NCBI GenBank assembly: GCA_965248925.1
Contig: CBDFLE010000005.1
Location: 64,001-128,000, forward strand
Length of the DNA: 64,000 nucleotides
From: Candidatus Multivoradales bacterium
GTDB taxonomy: Bacteria > Acidobacteriota > Thermoanaerobaculia > Multivoradales > J023
Direction: 5' to 3'
The translations under genes and the position numbers were made by a program. Of this stretch, positions 53,123 through 63,610 are shown piece by piece; the first letter of the stretch is position 1; each line of letters opens with the position of its first letter. The notes below the pieces were generated by a model. The model ran no database searches, had not been told where the DNA came from, and saw only the letters and a list, made by a program, of their open reading frames with translations.

Positions 53123-53818
53123 ATGTCTTACCCGACAACACACTGTGTCGTGCTGTTTACGAAACCAGCCCAGCCGGGAAAAGTCAAGACTCGATTGATC
53201 GGCGAGCTGGATTCTACGCAAGCTGCTGAGCTCCACAGTGCTTTCCTCGGCGATGTCTGCGACTGCGTCAGGGAGGCTGGTGCGTGGCTGCGGGTGGCTT
53301 GGGCGGCGGATGACCCCCGGCTCGCCTTGCCGATCGACTTGACCCCCGGCGCGGCTGAGCATGTGCGCCAGCGTGGGGCCGACCTCGGCCAGCGCTTGTA
53401 TTCTGCTTTGGCGACCGCCGCGGTTGAATTTGAGACCATGTTAGCCCTCGGTTCGGATCATCCGGAGCTTGATCCGAAGATTCTTGAGCAAGCGCGCCAG
53501 CGGCTGGCTGAGGGCTGCGAGGTGGTGCTCGGGCCGAGTTTCGATGGCGGCTACTACTTGATCGGCCTACGGGCAGAGAAGGTCCGGCCGGAGCTGTTCA
53601 GCGATATCCCCTGGAGCACCGCCGAGGTGCTCGAACAAACCCTGCAACGCTGCCAGCGATTGGGCTTGAGAACGGAGTTGTTGCCGATCGGTCACGATAT
53701 CGACGTGGCCGCCGATCTGCTGCGCCTGCAAGAGCGGTTGCGGCAGGGCTACACCGGTTGCCCGCGAACTAGGCGGCTGCTGCAGAGCTGGGGGCGACTG
53801 GCAAAGGAGTCACGATGA
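53123..53818 (+). CDS. DUF2064/TIGR04282 family CofC-like transferase
   Basis: FTKP..G.VKTRL, QRGADLG.RL, GSD.P, GP..DGGYYLIG, IPWST and DID motifs. Confidence 0.85.
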   Translation: MSYPTTHCVVLFTKPAQPGKVKTRLIGELDSTQAAELHSAFLGDVCDCVREAGAWLRVAWAADDPRLALPIDLTPGAAEHVRQRGADLGQRLYSALATAAVEFETMLALGSDHPELDPKILEQARQRLAEGCEVVLGPSFDGGYYLIGLRAEKVRPELFSDIPWSTAEVLEQTLQRCQRLGLRTELLPIGHDIDVAADLLRLQERLRQGYTGCPRTRRLLQSWGRLAKESR

Positions 53819-55362
53819 GAGTGCTGAGCGCACAGCAGATGCAAGAGGTCGATCAGCGGGCAATTACGGACCTCGGTATTCCGGGCTGCGTGCTGATGGA
53901 GAATGCCGCCATGGGCATTGCCGACGCCCTGGGCGAGGCTTATCCGACCGCTTCGCGGATCACCGTCCTTTGTGGCCCCGGCAACAACGGCGGCGACGGG
54001 CTGGCCCTGGTGCGCCACTTGGAAGGGCGCGGCTATCGTTGCCGTACCTTCTTGTTCCTTGGTCGTTCGGCAGGGCAGGGCGATGCCGCTCTACAGCTGG
54101 AGATTCTGCGCCGTTGTGGCCTGGAAGTCGAAGAGTTGACCCCGGAAGCCGATCTACAGCCGGTTTTCGCCGCTTGCCTGAAGGCCGATCTGATTGTTGA
54201 CTCGCTCTTCGGCACCGGCCTCGAACGGCCCCTCAAGGGTCATCTCGCCGCCCTAGTGGTTGGCTTGCAAGATTGCCCCGTGCCTCTCTTGGCAGTGGAT
54301 TTGCCGAGCGGAATGGATGCGAGCCGCGAGCAGCCGATCGGCCCTCATTTGGTGGCTGAGCGAACGGTTACTTTCGCCGCTCCCAAAGTAGCCCACGTGC
54401 TGTCGCCAGCGAGGGAGGCTTGTGGGGAACTGGTAGTCACCGATCTCGGCTTGCCGCCGGGATGGGTCGAGAGCGCTGGTGGCAGCCTACATTTGCTGAC
54501 CGCTGGTGAGCTTGCCGGCTACTTGTCGCCCCGTCCCTTGGCCGGCCATAAGGGGAACTTCGGACATTTATTGCTAGTTGCTGGCAGTGCTGGAAAGGCC
54601 GGGGCGGCGGTGTTGGCGGCGCGGGCGGCGATGCGCAGCGGAGTGGGCCTGGTGACCACGGCGGTGCCGGCAGGCCTGCTCGACGTGGTCGATGGAGGCA
54701 GCCTGGAGTCAATGACCCTGGCGGTTGCCGAAACCGCTGAGGGGGGGCTAGCCAAAGCTGCGGCCGAGACCTTGCTCGACGCCGCCGCGGGCAAATCGGC
54801 GGTCGCCGTCGGGCCGGGATTGGGTAGTGGCAGGGAGACCCAGCATGTGATCCGGCGGCTGGCGGAGGAGGTGGACTTGCCATTGTTGCTCGATGCCGAT
54901 GGCCTGAATGCCTTCGCCGGCCGTCTAGCTGAGCTGGCCCGGCGCTCGGCGCCAACCGTGCTGACTCCTCATCCCGGCGAACTCGCCCGCTTGCTCGGCA
55001 CGACCAGCAGGTCGGTGCAGGCTGATCGCCGGCAGGCGGTGGCTCGGGCCGCCGAAAGCAGCTCTGCGGTGGTGGCGCTGAAAGGCCATCAGACTCTGGT
55101 GGCGACGCCGTCGGGCGAGATCTTTATCAACCCGACCGGCAACCCAGGGATGGCCACAGGTGGCAGTGGCGATGTGCTCACCGGCTTGTTGGCGGCACTT
55201 CTGGCGCAGCGCTGGGAAGCGCTGGCGGCGGCGCAGTTGGGAGTTTTTTTGCACGGTTTGGCGGGTGATCTGGCGGCGCGGGAGACCGGCTACGAGGCAC
55301 TAACGGCGAGCGATCTGGTGGCTTTTCTGGCGCCAGCCTGGCGGGTCTTGAGTGATGCCTGA
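53815..55362 (+). CDS. nnr: Bifunctional NAD(P)H-hydrate epimerase/dehydratase
   Basis: LMENA, GPGNNGGDG, DLPSG, HKG.FG, TPHPGE and ATGGSGDVL motifs. Confidence 0.95.
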   Translation: MRVLSAQQMQEVDQRAITDLGIPGCVLMENAAMGIADALGEAYPTASRITVLCGPGNNGGDGLALVRHLEGRGYRCRTFLFLGRSAGQGDAALQLEILRRCGLEVEELTPEADLQPVFAACLKADLIVDSLFGTGLERPLKGHLAALVVGLQDCPVPLLAVDLPSGMDASREQPIGPHLVAERTVTFAAPKVAHVLSPAREACGELVVTDLGLPPGWVESAGGSLHLLTAGELAGYLSPRPLAGHKGNFGHLLLVAGSAGKAGAAVLAARAAMRSGVGLVTTAVPAGLLDVVDGGSLESMTLAVAETAEGGLAKAAAETLLDAAAGKSAVAVGPGLGSGRETQHVIRRLAEEVDLPLLLDADGLNAFAGRLAELARRSAPTVLTPHPGELARLLGTTSRSVQADRRQAVARAAESSSAVVALKGHQTLVATPSGEIFINPTGNPGMATGGSGDVLTGLLAALLAQRWEALAAAQLGVFLHGLAGDLAARETGYEALTASDLVAFLAPAWRVLSDA

Positions 55363-55798
55363 GAGGCCGGCGGAGGAGGAGTGGAGCTGGATCTGTATTT
55401 CGGAGGCCGAGACCGAGGCGGTCGGCGCCGAGTTGGCTCTGCGCCTGCCCGCGGACGGGGTACTCTTGCTGGGCGGCGAGATGGGTAGCGGTAAGACCGT
55501 CTTGGTGCGAGGTTTGGCGGTGGCGCTGGGAGTGCCGCGGGCCGAGGTACAGTCGCCTACCTACGCGCTGATGCACGAGTATCAGGGGCCGCGACGGCAG
55601 TTGCTGCATGTCGATCTCTACCGCTTAGAGGGCCATGAGGTCGAATGTCTGGGCCTCGATGAGCTGTTGGCGGGCCCCGGAATCAAGGCGGTGGAGTGGC
55701 CCGACCGGCTGACCAGCGTGCCAACGGCGAGTTGGCGGCTGGAGATTCGCCGGATCTCCGAGGGGCGGCATCTAGTGCTTACTCCGCCCGCAGACTGA
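55355..55798 (+). CDS. tsaE: tRNA threonylcarbamoyladenosine ATPase TsaE
   Basis: GEMGSGKT, SPTY, HVDLYRL and VEW motifs. Confidence 0.95.
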   Translation: MPERPAEEEWSWICISEAETEAVGAELALRLPADGVLLLGGEMGSGKTVLVRGLAVALGVPRAEVQSPTYALMHEYQGPRRQLLHVDLYRLEGHEVECLGLDELLAGPGIKAVEWPDRLTSVPTASWRLEIRRISEGRHLVLTPPAD

Positions 55799-55815
55799 TA
55801 CGATAGACGGCTCTT

Positions 55816-56820
55816 ATGGACGACACCCAAACCACTCAGCCCGTGGCGCAGATGACTCTTCCGGAGGTCGGGCTGGAGCAGCTCTTCGGTCCCCGCGATC
55901 AGAACCTGAAGCGCATTGAGCGGGCCTTTGGCGTCCGCTTGGCGGCTCGGGGTAGTGATTTGCGCATCGACGGCGAGCCTGCCACGGTGGCCGCCGCGGA
56001 GCGCCTGATCGCCCAGCTTGCCGAGTTAGCGCGGCGTGGGATGCGCTTTCGCCAGCAGGATATCGCCACCGCCTTGCGAGTAGCGCTGCAAGCGCCGGAG
56101 CAATCGCTGATCGACTTTTTCGAGCCCAAGGACGAGGCCCTGGCCGCGGTTCGCCGGCTAGTGCAGCCCCGGGGTCTCAACCAATTTCTCTACCTGAAGT
56201 CGATGGTCGAGCACGACATCGTCATCTCGATCGGGCCCGCTGGCACCGGCAAGACTTTCCTGGCGGTGGCGATGGCGGCGGTGGCCTTGGTAGAGAAAAA
56301 GGTGCGCCGAATCGTGCTGGCCCGCCCGGCAGTGGAGGCGGGCGAGAAGCTGGGCTTTCTGCCCGGCGATCTGGCCGACAAAGTCAATCCTTATCTGCGG
56401 CCGTTGTACGACGCACTGCACGATTTGGTGGGTTTCGACAAGGTAAGCCGGTTGATGGAGCGGGGGGTCATTGAGGTGGCGCCGCTCGCTTTCATGCGTG
56501 GTCGGACCTTGAACGAGAGCTTCATTATTCTGGATGAGGCGCAAAACACCACCAGCGAGCAGATGAAGATGCTTCTCACTCGCATCGGCTATGGTTCGCA
56601 GGCGGTGATCAATGGCGATGTGACGCAGATCGATCTCGCCCGCGGCCTGGTCTCGGGCTTGCGCGAGACCGAGACCATCTTGGCCGGCGTCGAGGGGATT
56701 CGTTTTGTTTACTTCGACAAGGCTGACGTGGTCCGCCATCCTTTGGTGGGGGAAATCGTCGCCGCTTACGATGCCTGGGACGAAAGCCGTCGGCAAGGGG
56801 TCGCGGAGCTGAGCCGATGA
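55816..56820 (+). CDS. phoH: PhoH-like ATPase (YbeZ)
   Basis: GPAGTGKT, RPAVEAGEKLGFLPG, MRGRTL and DEAQN motifs. Confidence 0.95.
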   Translation: MDDTQTTQPVAQMTLPEVGLEQLFGPRDQNLKRIERAFGVRLAARGSDLRIDGEPATVAAAERLIAQLAELARRGMRFRQQDIATALRVALQAPEQSLIDFFEPKDEALAAVRRLVQPRGLNQFLYLKSMVEHDIVISIGPAGTGKTFLAVAMAAVALVEKKVRRIVLARPAVEAGEKLGFLPGDLADKVNPYLRPLYDALHDLVGFDKVSRLMERGVIEVAPLAFMRGRTLNESFIILDEAQNTTSEQMKMLLTRIGYGSQAVINGDVTQIDLARGLVSGLRETETILAGVEGIRFVYFDKADVVRHPLVGEIVAAYDAWDESRRQGVAELSR

Positions 56821-56883
56821 TCGGCCGCGCCGCGTTCGGTGGCGGTGCTGTCAGTGATGTAGAGTAGGTAGGTATCCGGAGCG

Positions 56884-59382
56884 ATGCCCAACAACAAAAA
56901 TAATAGCAAGAGCCAACGCGGCAAGAGTCAGAGCCTGAAGGCGACCGGCAGCCGAGCGCCGAAATCGGCGGTACGCAGTGCCTCGCGCAGTCTCTCTCCC
57001 CGCCGCCGGCCGACCCGCGGTCTGCCGCTGGTGCGCTACCGCTTGCGCCAGATGTGGCGAGAATTGCTCGAAATGCGCATGCTTTGGGTTTCCCTCTTTG
57101 TCCTGGTGGGGATCTGGAGCGTTCTTCCGCGGGCGCTTTTCCTGTTGCCGCTGGCCGAGAGCGGCGCCATCGCCAACCGCACCTACATCGCCGATCGTGG
57201 TTTGGCGGTCGCCAATGAAGCAGCTACGGCAGAAGTTCAGGAGCGAGCACGGGAAGAGGTTGTGCCGGTCTACAGCCTCGATCTCGATGTCGAGAAGATT
57301 CGCCGACAACAGATCGCCGAGTTGTTCCGCTCTGGCCGGGCGGCCCAAGCGAAGGCGGTGGAACTCGGTGGCACCGCCTCTGTCTTAGCCGAAGACGAAG
57401 CCTGGCCTGCCGGCGGCGCCTTACTCGATCAACTGGTAGAAGCCAGCGCGATCAATCTGAATTCGGCGCAGGTCGAGCTGGTGGTACGCAGAGGATTCTC
57501 GGTCGAGCTGGAAGATCGCCTCAGCGGTCTGTTCAGCCGCCTTCTTAGACGTGGCGTGGTGGCCAACAAGCAAGCGTTGCTTGAGCATCGGGCACGTGGG
57601 GTTATTGTTCGCGAAATGCCTTCCGGCGAGCAGAGTCTGCAACTCGACCTCTACCGCTACTTCAGCTACCCGGACGAGGTGCGGCAGACCGTTGACGAGG
57701 TGCTGCGCAGTTGGAGCGACCTCAAGTCCAGCGAGCGCCAAGTGTTGGTCGATTTGGTGGTCGAGACCCTGACTCCGAATCTGGCCATCGACAGTGGTGA
57801 GACCCTGCGCCTGCGTTCGCAAGCGGCTGAGGATGCCGGCACGGTGTCACGCAGGATCCGCCAGGGTGAGGTGATCGTCCGCCGCGGTGACCAGATCGAC
57901 GAGGTGGCGGCGCAAGCGATTCGCGCCATGTCCGGTTCGCGGGACCTCCCTCGGCTGCTGCTATCCGGAGCCGGAGTGGTGCTGATGCTGATCGCCATGG
58001 CGGTGCTGCTGTGGACGGTGGTGGGGCACCAGCAGCGCAGCGATCGCAGCCGGGGTCGCCTGTTCAGCGAGTGCCTGCTTTTGTTGCTGGTACCGCTCCT
58101 GGCGACCCGTTTTGCCTTCTTTGTCGCCGTGGCGCTGGCCAACGCCATCGAACACACCCCCTTCAGCTCTATAGCCAGCTACACCTATGCCATCCCCTTT
58201 GGTGCTCTGGCCTTGGTGGCGGTACTGCTCTATGGGCGCGATATTGCTCTCGTACTGTCCCTGGTGTTCGCCTTGGTGGTCGGGCGAATTGCCGGTGGCG
58301 AGGTGGCCTGGCTGATCACCGTCTACAGTCTGGCGGGGTCGTTGGCGGCGATCTACGCTCTCGATCAGGTTCACTTCCGCCAGCGCTCTGTCATCAGCCT
58401 GGCCGGCCTGGCGGTGGCGATCGTCAATGTGGTGGCGATCCTCACCTTGAAGATGCTCGAGGGGGATACCGCGGGAGGGGCGGCGCAGCTTGGCTTTGAT
58501 CTGCTGTGTGCCTTCTCCGGCGGCTTGATCGCCGCCACGCTGACCAGTTTCGCGGTGCCGATACTAGAGAATCTACTGTCGATCACCACCCGCATCAAGC
58601 TGGTCGAGTTAGCCAACCCCAACCTGCCCCTGCTGCGCCGGCTGGCGTTGGAGGCACCGGGCACCTTTCAGCACTCGCTGGCGGTAGCCAACTTGGCGAC
58701 CGCAGGCTGCGACGCCATCGACGCCGACTCGCTGATGGTCAACACCTGCGCCCTCTACCACGATATCGGCAAACTGCTGCGGCCCAACTACTTTGTCGAA
58801 AATCAGAAGCCAGGACGTAATCCGCACGACAAGATTCAGCCGTCGATGAGCGCTTTGATTCTGATCAACCACGTCAAAGAAGGCGCCGAATTGGCCCAGC
58901 AATCGCACTTGCCGACGCCGATTCTCGACGGCATCGAGCAGCACCACGGCACGCGCCTGATCAAGTTCTTCTACAATCGTGCCAAGGAGCGCTGTGAGCG
59001 GGGAGGTGAAGGGGTCCGCGAAGAGGATTTTCGCTATTCCGGTCCGATGCCGCAGAGCAAGGAGATGGGGGTGCTGATGCTGGCCGATGCGGTCGAAGCC
59101 GCTAGCCGGACTCTGGACAGCCCCAGCCGGCAGAGAGTGCGCAGCCTGTTGGAGCAGATTTTTGATGCTTGCTTGCAGGACAACCAGTTGGAAGACACCG
59201 ATTTGACCCTTGGCGACCTACGCCGCGTTCGTGATGCTTTTCAGCGGGTATTGATGAACATCCATCACCGCCGGGTAGACTATCCGGGCTTCGATTTCAA
59301 CCGTGCCCCGGACCCCAAGCCGCGCCAGCAGAGCGGCGAGGACCGGCCAACCCAGACCTCGGTGGGCCGCAAGGCCAGCTGA
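56884..59382 (+). CDS. 7TM-HD phosphohydrolase (PgpH/YqfF family)
   Basis: Extracytoplasmic domain, multiple TM segments, APGTFQHS, YHDIGK, FVENQ, HHGT and LAD.VEAA motifs. Confidence 0.9.
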   Translation: MPNNKNNSKSQRGKSQSLKATGSRAPKSAVRSASRSLSPRRRPTRGLPLVRYRLRQMWRELLEMRMLWVSLFVLVGIWSVLPRALFLLPLAESGAIANRTYIADRGLAVANEAATAEVQERAREEVVPVYSLDLDVEKIRRQQIAELFRSGRAAQAKAVELGGTASVLAEDEAWPAGGALLDQLVEASAINLNSAQVELVVRRGFSVELEDRLSGLFSRLLRRGVVANKQALLEHRARGVIVREMPSGEQSLQLDLYRYFSYPDEVRQTVDEVLRSWSDLKSSERQVLVDLVVETLTPNLAIDSGETLRLRSQAAEDAGTVSRRIRQGEVIVRRGDQIDEVAAQAIRAMSGSRDLPRLLLSGAGVVLMLIAMAVLLWTVVGHQQRSDRSRGRLFSECLLLLLVPLLATRFAFFVAVALANAIEHTPFSSIASYTYAIPFGALALVAVLLYGRDIALVLSLVFALVVGRIAGGEVAWLITVYSLAGSLAAIYALDQVHFRQRSVISLAGLAVAIVNVVAILTLKMLEGDTAGGAAQLGFDLLCAFSGGLIAATLTSFAVPILENLLSITTRIKLVELANPNLPLLRRLALEAPGTFQHSLAVANLATAGCDAIDADSLMVNTCALYHDIGKLLRPNYFVENQKPGRNPHDKIQPSMSALILINHVKEGAELAQQSHLPTPILDGIEQHHGTRLIKFFYNRAKERCERGGEGVREEDFRYSGPMPQSKEMGVLMLADAVEAASRTLDSPSRQRVRSLLEQIFDACLQDNQLEDTDLTLGDLRRVRDAFQRVLMNIHHRRVDYPGFDFNRAPDPKPRQQSGEDRPTQTSVGRKAS

Positions 59383-59400
59383 GCGGATCCAACCCACCCT

Positions 59401-59877
59401 TTGACTCAGGATACAGGTCCATCTAAGCCGCCCAGCGAAAGCGCTGAAACATCGCCTCGCGAGGTGACGATTCAGAACCCCTCGCGCTACCCGGATAGCA
59501 CCGTCCGCCAGCTGCGGCCGTGGCTGCAAGCCGCCCTCGACCAAGTGGCGCCGGCGAGGGGTGACTTCACAGTCCGATTCGTCAACGACCGGAAGATGCG
59601 CCAGCTCAACTCGACCTACCGCCAGCGAGATAGCACCACCGATGTGCTGAGCTTTCCTGGCGATGCCTCAGCCCTTGGGCCACATTTAGGCGATGTGGTG
59701 ATCTCGGTGCCGGTCGCTCGCCGACAGGCAGTGGTTGCTGGCCATCCGGTGCAGCGCGAGCTGCGTTTGCTGATCCTGCACGGCATACTGCACTGCCTGG
59801 GCCACGATCACGAGACCGATGATGGCCAGATGGAGCAGGCCGAGGGTCGCTGGCGGCAGAGGTTGCTCGATGGCTGA
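59401..59877 (+). CDS. ybeY: rRNA maturation endoribonuclease YbeY
   Basis: TDVLSF, LGDVVIS and HGILHCLGHDH motifs. Confidence 0.95.
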   Translation: MTQDTGPSKPPSESAETSPREVTIQNPSRYPDSTVRQLRPWLQAALDQVAPARGDFTVRFVNDRKMRQLNSTYRQRDSTTDVLSFPGDASALGPHLGDVVISVPVARRQAVVAGHPVQRELRLLILHGILHCLGHDHETDDGQMEQAEGRWRQRLLDG

Positions 59878-61153
59878 GTGGCTATTCCAGGTTCCCAGCT
59901 GGCTGCAAGGTTGGGCAGTTGGCCTGGGTATCCCCCTGCTGGTGCTGCTGCTGGTGAGTTCGGCGTTGATCGAGCGCAGTGGACCGATCCGCCTACGCCA
60001 TTGGGCAGAAGAAGCCGGCGGCAAGCTGCGCCTGCTCTACGGCGCACCGCGCCAGCTCGAGACCTTCCGCCTTTGGATAGCGCTGGCCGCGCGACTCGCG
60101 CCCCTGTTGCTGTGGGCCGCACTCAGTGGATTCTTGCGCGGCGCGGTGACCCGACCACTGCTGGTCGCTGGCGTGGCGGTGGCCTTGGTGGTGACCGCCA
60201 CCGAGCTGCTCAACAGATTCTTGGTCGAGCTGTATGCCGAGGCCAGCTTGCGCCGCTTGACGCCCCTGTACGTGGCTTTACGCTGGTTGCTTCTGCCGGC
60301 GATCTTCTTCGCCAGTTGGCTAGTTCCCGACAGTCGGGATGCTGACGAAGAGCCTGAAGACGAAGTTTCGGAAGACGAGCTTGAGGCCTTTATCGACGTC
60401 GGTCGTCGCGAGGGAATTCTGGAGAAAGGCGAAGGTGAGCTGCTGCAGTCGATCGTCGATTTCGGCGATACCCAGGCCAAGAGCGTGATGACTCCAAGGG
60501 TAGAGATCGTCTGCGCGCCGCTCGGCTCCAGCATCGAGCAGCTGGCCGAACTGTTCTTCGAGTCCAAGCATTCTCGGCTGCCGCTGTATCGTGATGCTAT
60601 CGACCAGATCGTTGGCGTGCTGCACATCCGCGATTTATTCGAGGCCTCACGCCGCTCTGAAGCTGAGTTCGATGCCGCGCCGCTCACCAAATCGCCCCAC
60701 TTCGTACCCGAATCCAAACCCCTCGATGATTTGCTCCGCGAACTACAGAGTCGCAGCTTGCAAATGGCGATCGTGGTCGATGAGTACGGGGGAGTGGCCG
60801 GGTTGGTCACCGTCGAAGATCTGCTTGAAGAGATCGTCGGCGAGATCAACGACGAGCACGAGAAGGAACTGGTAGAGCCCCAAGCCCTCGATGGCGGAGG
60901 CTGGCGCCTCGAAGGCCGCACCGACCTCGACCAGATTGAACCTCTCTGTGGCGTCGATCTGAGCGAGTTGCCCTATGAGACGGTCAGCGGTTTAGTCTGT
61001 GGCGAATTGGGCTTTGTGCCCAAGAGTGGCGCCTCCTTCACCACCCACGGTTTGCGCTTCTCGGTCGAAGAAGCCGACCAGCGCCGGGTCACCTTGCTCA
61101 CTGTGCGGCAACATGAACCGGTGACCGCGAGCGGCCGCCCGGAGAGCGAATGA
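59870..61153 (+). CDS. HlyC/CorC (CBS-pair) family transporter
   Basis: N-terminal TM segments, VMTPR, HSRLP and VVDEYGG..GLVT.EDLLEEIVG motifs. Confidence 0.9.
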   Translation: MAEWLFQVPSWLQGWAVGLGIPLLVLLLVSSALIERSGPIRLRHWAEEAGGKLRLLYGAPRQLETFRLWIALAARLAPLLLWAALSGFLRGAVTRPLLVAGVAVALVVTATELLNRFLVELYAEASLRRLTPLYVALRWLLLPAIFFASWLVPDSRDADEEPEDEVSEDELEAFIDVGRREGILEKGEGELLQSIVDFGDTQAKSVMTPRVEIVCAPLGSSIEQLAELFFESKHSRLPLYRDAIDQIVGVLHIRDLFEASRRSEAEFDAAPLTKSPHFVPESKPLDDLLRELQSRSLQMAIVVDEYGGVAGLVTVEDLLEEIVGEINDEHEKELVEPQALDGGGWRLEGRTDLDQIEPLCGVDLSELPYETVSGLVCGELGFVPKSGASFTTHGLRFSVEEADQRRVTLLTVRQHEPVTASGRPESE

Positions 61154-62136
61154 TGTCCGATAGGTCCGAAATGAAAGAACCTGAAGTCCCTCCTGCCGAC
61201 CTGTCCACCGCCGAGCAGCCCTCGGTGGAGACCGCGAAAGTCGGTACCGTAGTTCTGGTCGGCCGGCCCAATGCTGGCAAGTCGACCTTGATGAACTCTT
61301 TGCTCGGGGAGAAGGTGGCGATAGTTTCCGCCAAGCCCCAGACCACCCGCCACCGGATCGTTGGCATCTTGAGCGAGTCCCGCGGCCAGATCGTCTTCTA
61401 CGACACTCCGGGAGTGCACCGGCCGCAGCATCGGATGAACAGCCGCATGCTCCGCGCGGCCAAAGATGCGCTGCTCGATGCCGACGTCGTCTGTCTGCTG
61501 CACGACACCTCCAAGCCCTTCGGCAAAGGCGATCGTTTCTTACTCGATTGGGTGCAGCAAGTGCCCGGCCGGCGGATCGCCGTACTCAACAAAGTCGATC
61601 TGCTGCAAAAGCCCAAACTGCTGCCGCGGATCCAGCTTTACGCCGAGAGCGGCGCCTTCGAAGAGATCGTGCCCTTGTCGGCCCTGACCGGCGACGGCGC
61701 CGAGCTGCTACTTGGCCTGCTCTGGCAGCGGTTGCCGGAGGGCCCACCGCTGCACGATCCCGAACTGTTGACCGTCCATCCAGAGCGCTTTCTGGTGGCT
61801 GAGCGGATTCGCGAAAAAGTCCTCGAAAGGACCCGCGACGAGTTGCCCTTCGCCACCGCCGTGGTGATCGACTCCTGGGAGCAGCGCGACGACGGCCTGC
61901 TGCTGATCCACGCCTCCATTCTGGCCGAGCGCGAGGGACAGAAGAGGATCCTGGTCGGCGCTGGCGGCCGCCAGATCAAGGCCATCGGCACGGCCGCCCG
62001 CCGCGACCTACAAGACTACCTCGGCCAGAAGATTTTCCTCGACCTGCGGGTGCGGGTGGAGCAGGACTGGCGGGAAGATCAGCGCATCTTGGCCGATCTC
62101 GATCGAGAGCCGTTGGCTACTGATTTTAGTGGCTGA
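61150..62136 (+). CDS. era: GTPase Era
   Basis: GRPNAGKST, QTTR, DTPG, NKVD and a KH domain. Confidence 0.96.
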   Translation: MMSDRSEMKEPEVPPADLSTAEQPSVETAKVGTVVLVGRPNAGKSTLMNSLLGEKVAIVSAKPQTTRHRIVGILSESRGQIVFYDTPGVHRPQHRMNSRMLRAAKDALLDADVVCLLHDTSKPFGKGDRFLLDWVQQVPGRRIAVLNKVDLLQKPKLLPRIQLYAESGAFEEIVPLSALTGDGAELLLGLLWQRLPEGPPLHDPELLTVHPERFLVAERIREKVLERTRDELPFATAVVIDSWEQRDDGLLLIHASILAEREGQKRILVGAGGRQIKAIGTAARRDLQDYLGQKIFLDLRVRVEQDWREDQRILADLDREPLATDFSG

Positions 62137-62214
62137 AACAGCACTTTTTGTCCTGAGGGTCTGACCAGTCTTGCCGCCGCTGTCATCCCACCCCATGCTA
62201 CGATCGCGAATCTC

Positions 62215-63603
62215 ATGGAGCAGGTCACCAACGTCTCGAGGCGTAGCCAGATGATGGGCACCACGCTGCGCCGTCTGCTGCGCCGGGGAGCGCAGGCAAA
62301 GATCACCAAGTTGCTCGACCGGGTGCGGCCGGAGGACGTGGCGGTGATGATGCGCGACTTCACCCCGGCTGAGCAGTCGAGTGTTTTCGACCTGCTGGTG
62401 GGAAGTTACCCGGAGTCTGCCACTGAGGTGCTGACCGAGCTCGATCCGCAGCAGCGGCTGGCGCTGCTGGAAGAACTGGGCGCCGACCGCACCGCCCGCC
62501 TGCTGGAGACCGCGGCGGTAGACGATGCGGTCTACTTGCTGGATTCTCTGTCGAGCGAGTTCCGTGAGGAAGTGGTCGAGATTGTCGACATCCAGGGCCG
62601 GATGCAGCAGGTCCAGGAGCGCCTGAGCTATCGCGAGGAGAGCGCCGGGCGGGTGATGGACAATGAGTTCGTCGCCCTGGAAGAATCGACCCGGGTCGGC
62701 GATGCAATCCGCCGTATGCGCGAGATTGCTCGCGATGTGGAGATGATCTCTTATCTCTACATTGTCGACACCAGCGGCCATCTATTGGGCGTGACGCCGC
62801 TGCGCCAGCTGCTGCTGGCCGATCCCGACACCACTCTTGGCGAGATGATGAACACCTCGCTGGTCAAGGCCAACATCGACACCGATCAGGAAGAGGTGGC
62901 CGAGCTGGCGGCCCGCTACGATTTGCTGGCCATCCCGGTGACCGACGAGGAGAACAAGCTAGTCGGCATTGTCACCGTCGACGACATCCTCGATATCTTC
63001 CAGGAGGAGGCTACCGAGGACATCTACAAAATGGCCGGTACTTCTGACGATGAGCTGGTCTATCAGGATCGCTCGTTCAAGGTCGCTGGGATTCGCTTAC
63101 CGTGGATTCTGTTCGCCTTGCTGGGGTTGCTGGCGGCGGGCAAGCTGGTCGAAGCGATCGAACTCAACTTTCACCTCACAGTGTTGGTGATGTTTATTCC
63201 GGTGGTGATGGGGATGGCTGGCAACATTGGTTCGCAGACCTCAACTATCGCAGTACGTGGCCTGGCGACTGGCCAGTTGCAGCTCGGAGCCTCAGGCCGG
63301 CGTTTTGTCTGGCAGCAGTCGAAGGTAGGGGCGGTTCTGGCGGTGATTTGCGCGGCGGTGGTGGCGGCGGTGGCCTATTTCATGGCCGGCGACTTGCGGG
63401 TGGCGCTGGCGGTTAGCACGGCGTTGTTCTGCTCGGTGCAGCTGGCCTCAATCAACGGTGCGGTCATTCCGCTGTTGTTTAAGCGCTTGGGTATCGATCC
63501 AGCGATCGCTTCAGCGCCGCTGGTGACTACTAGCAACGATATTCTCGCCAATCTGGTTTACTTCGCTCTAGCCTCGGTTTTTCTCAGCCAGGTGTCGGGC
63601 TAG
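62215..63603 (+). CDS. mgtE: Magnesium transporter MgtE
   Basis: MgtE-N domain, CBS pair, RLPW, GNIGSQ and DPAIASAPLVTT..D motifs. Confidence 0.95.
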   Translation: MEQVTNVSRRSQMMGTTLRRLLRRGAQAKITKLLDRVRPEDVAVMMRDFTPAEQSSVFDLLVGSYPESATEVLTELDPQQRLALLEELGADRTARLLETAAVDDAVYLLDSLSSEFREEVVEIVDIQGRMQQVQERLSYREESAGRVMDNEFVALEESTRVGDAIRRMREIARDVEMISYLYIVDTSGHLLGVTPLRQLLLADPDTTLGEMMNTSLVKANIDTDQEEVAELAARYDLLAIPVTDEENKLVGIVTVDDILDIFQEEATEDIYKMAGTSDDELVYQDRSFKVAGIRLPWILFALLGLLAAGKLVEAIELNFHLTVLVMFIPVVMGMAGNIGSQTSTIAVRGLATGQLQLGASGRRFVWQQSKVGAVLAVICAAVVAAVAYFMAGDLRVALAVSTALFCSVQLASINGAVIPLLFKRLGIDPAIASAPLVTTSNDILANLVYFALASVFLSQVSG

Positions 63604-63610
63604 TCTGGCA

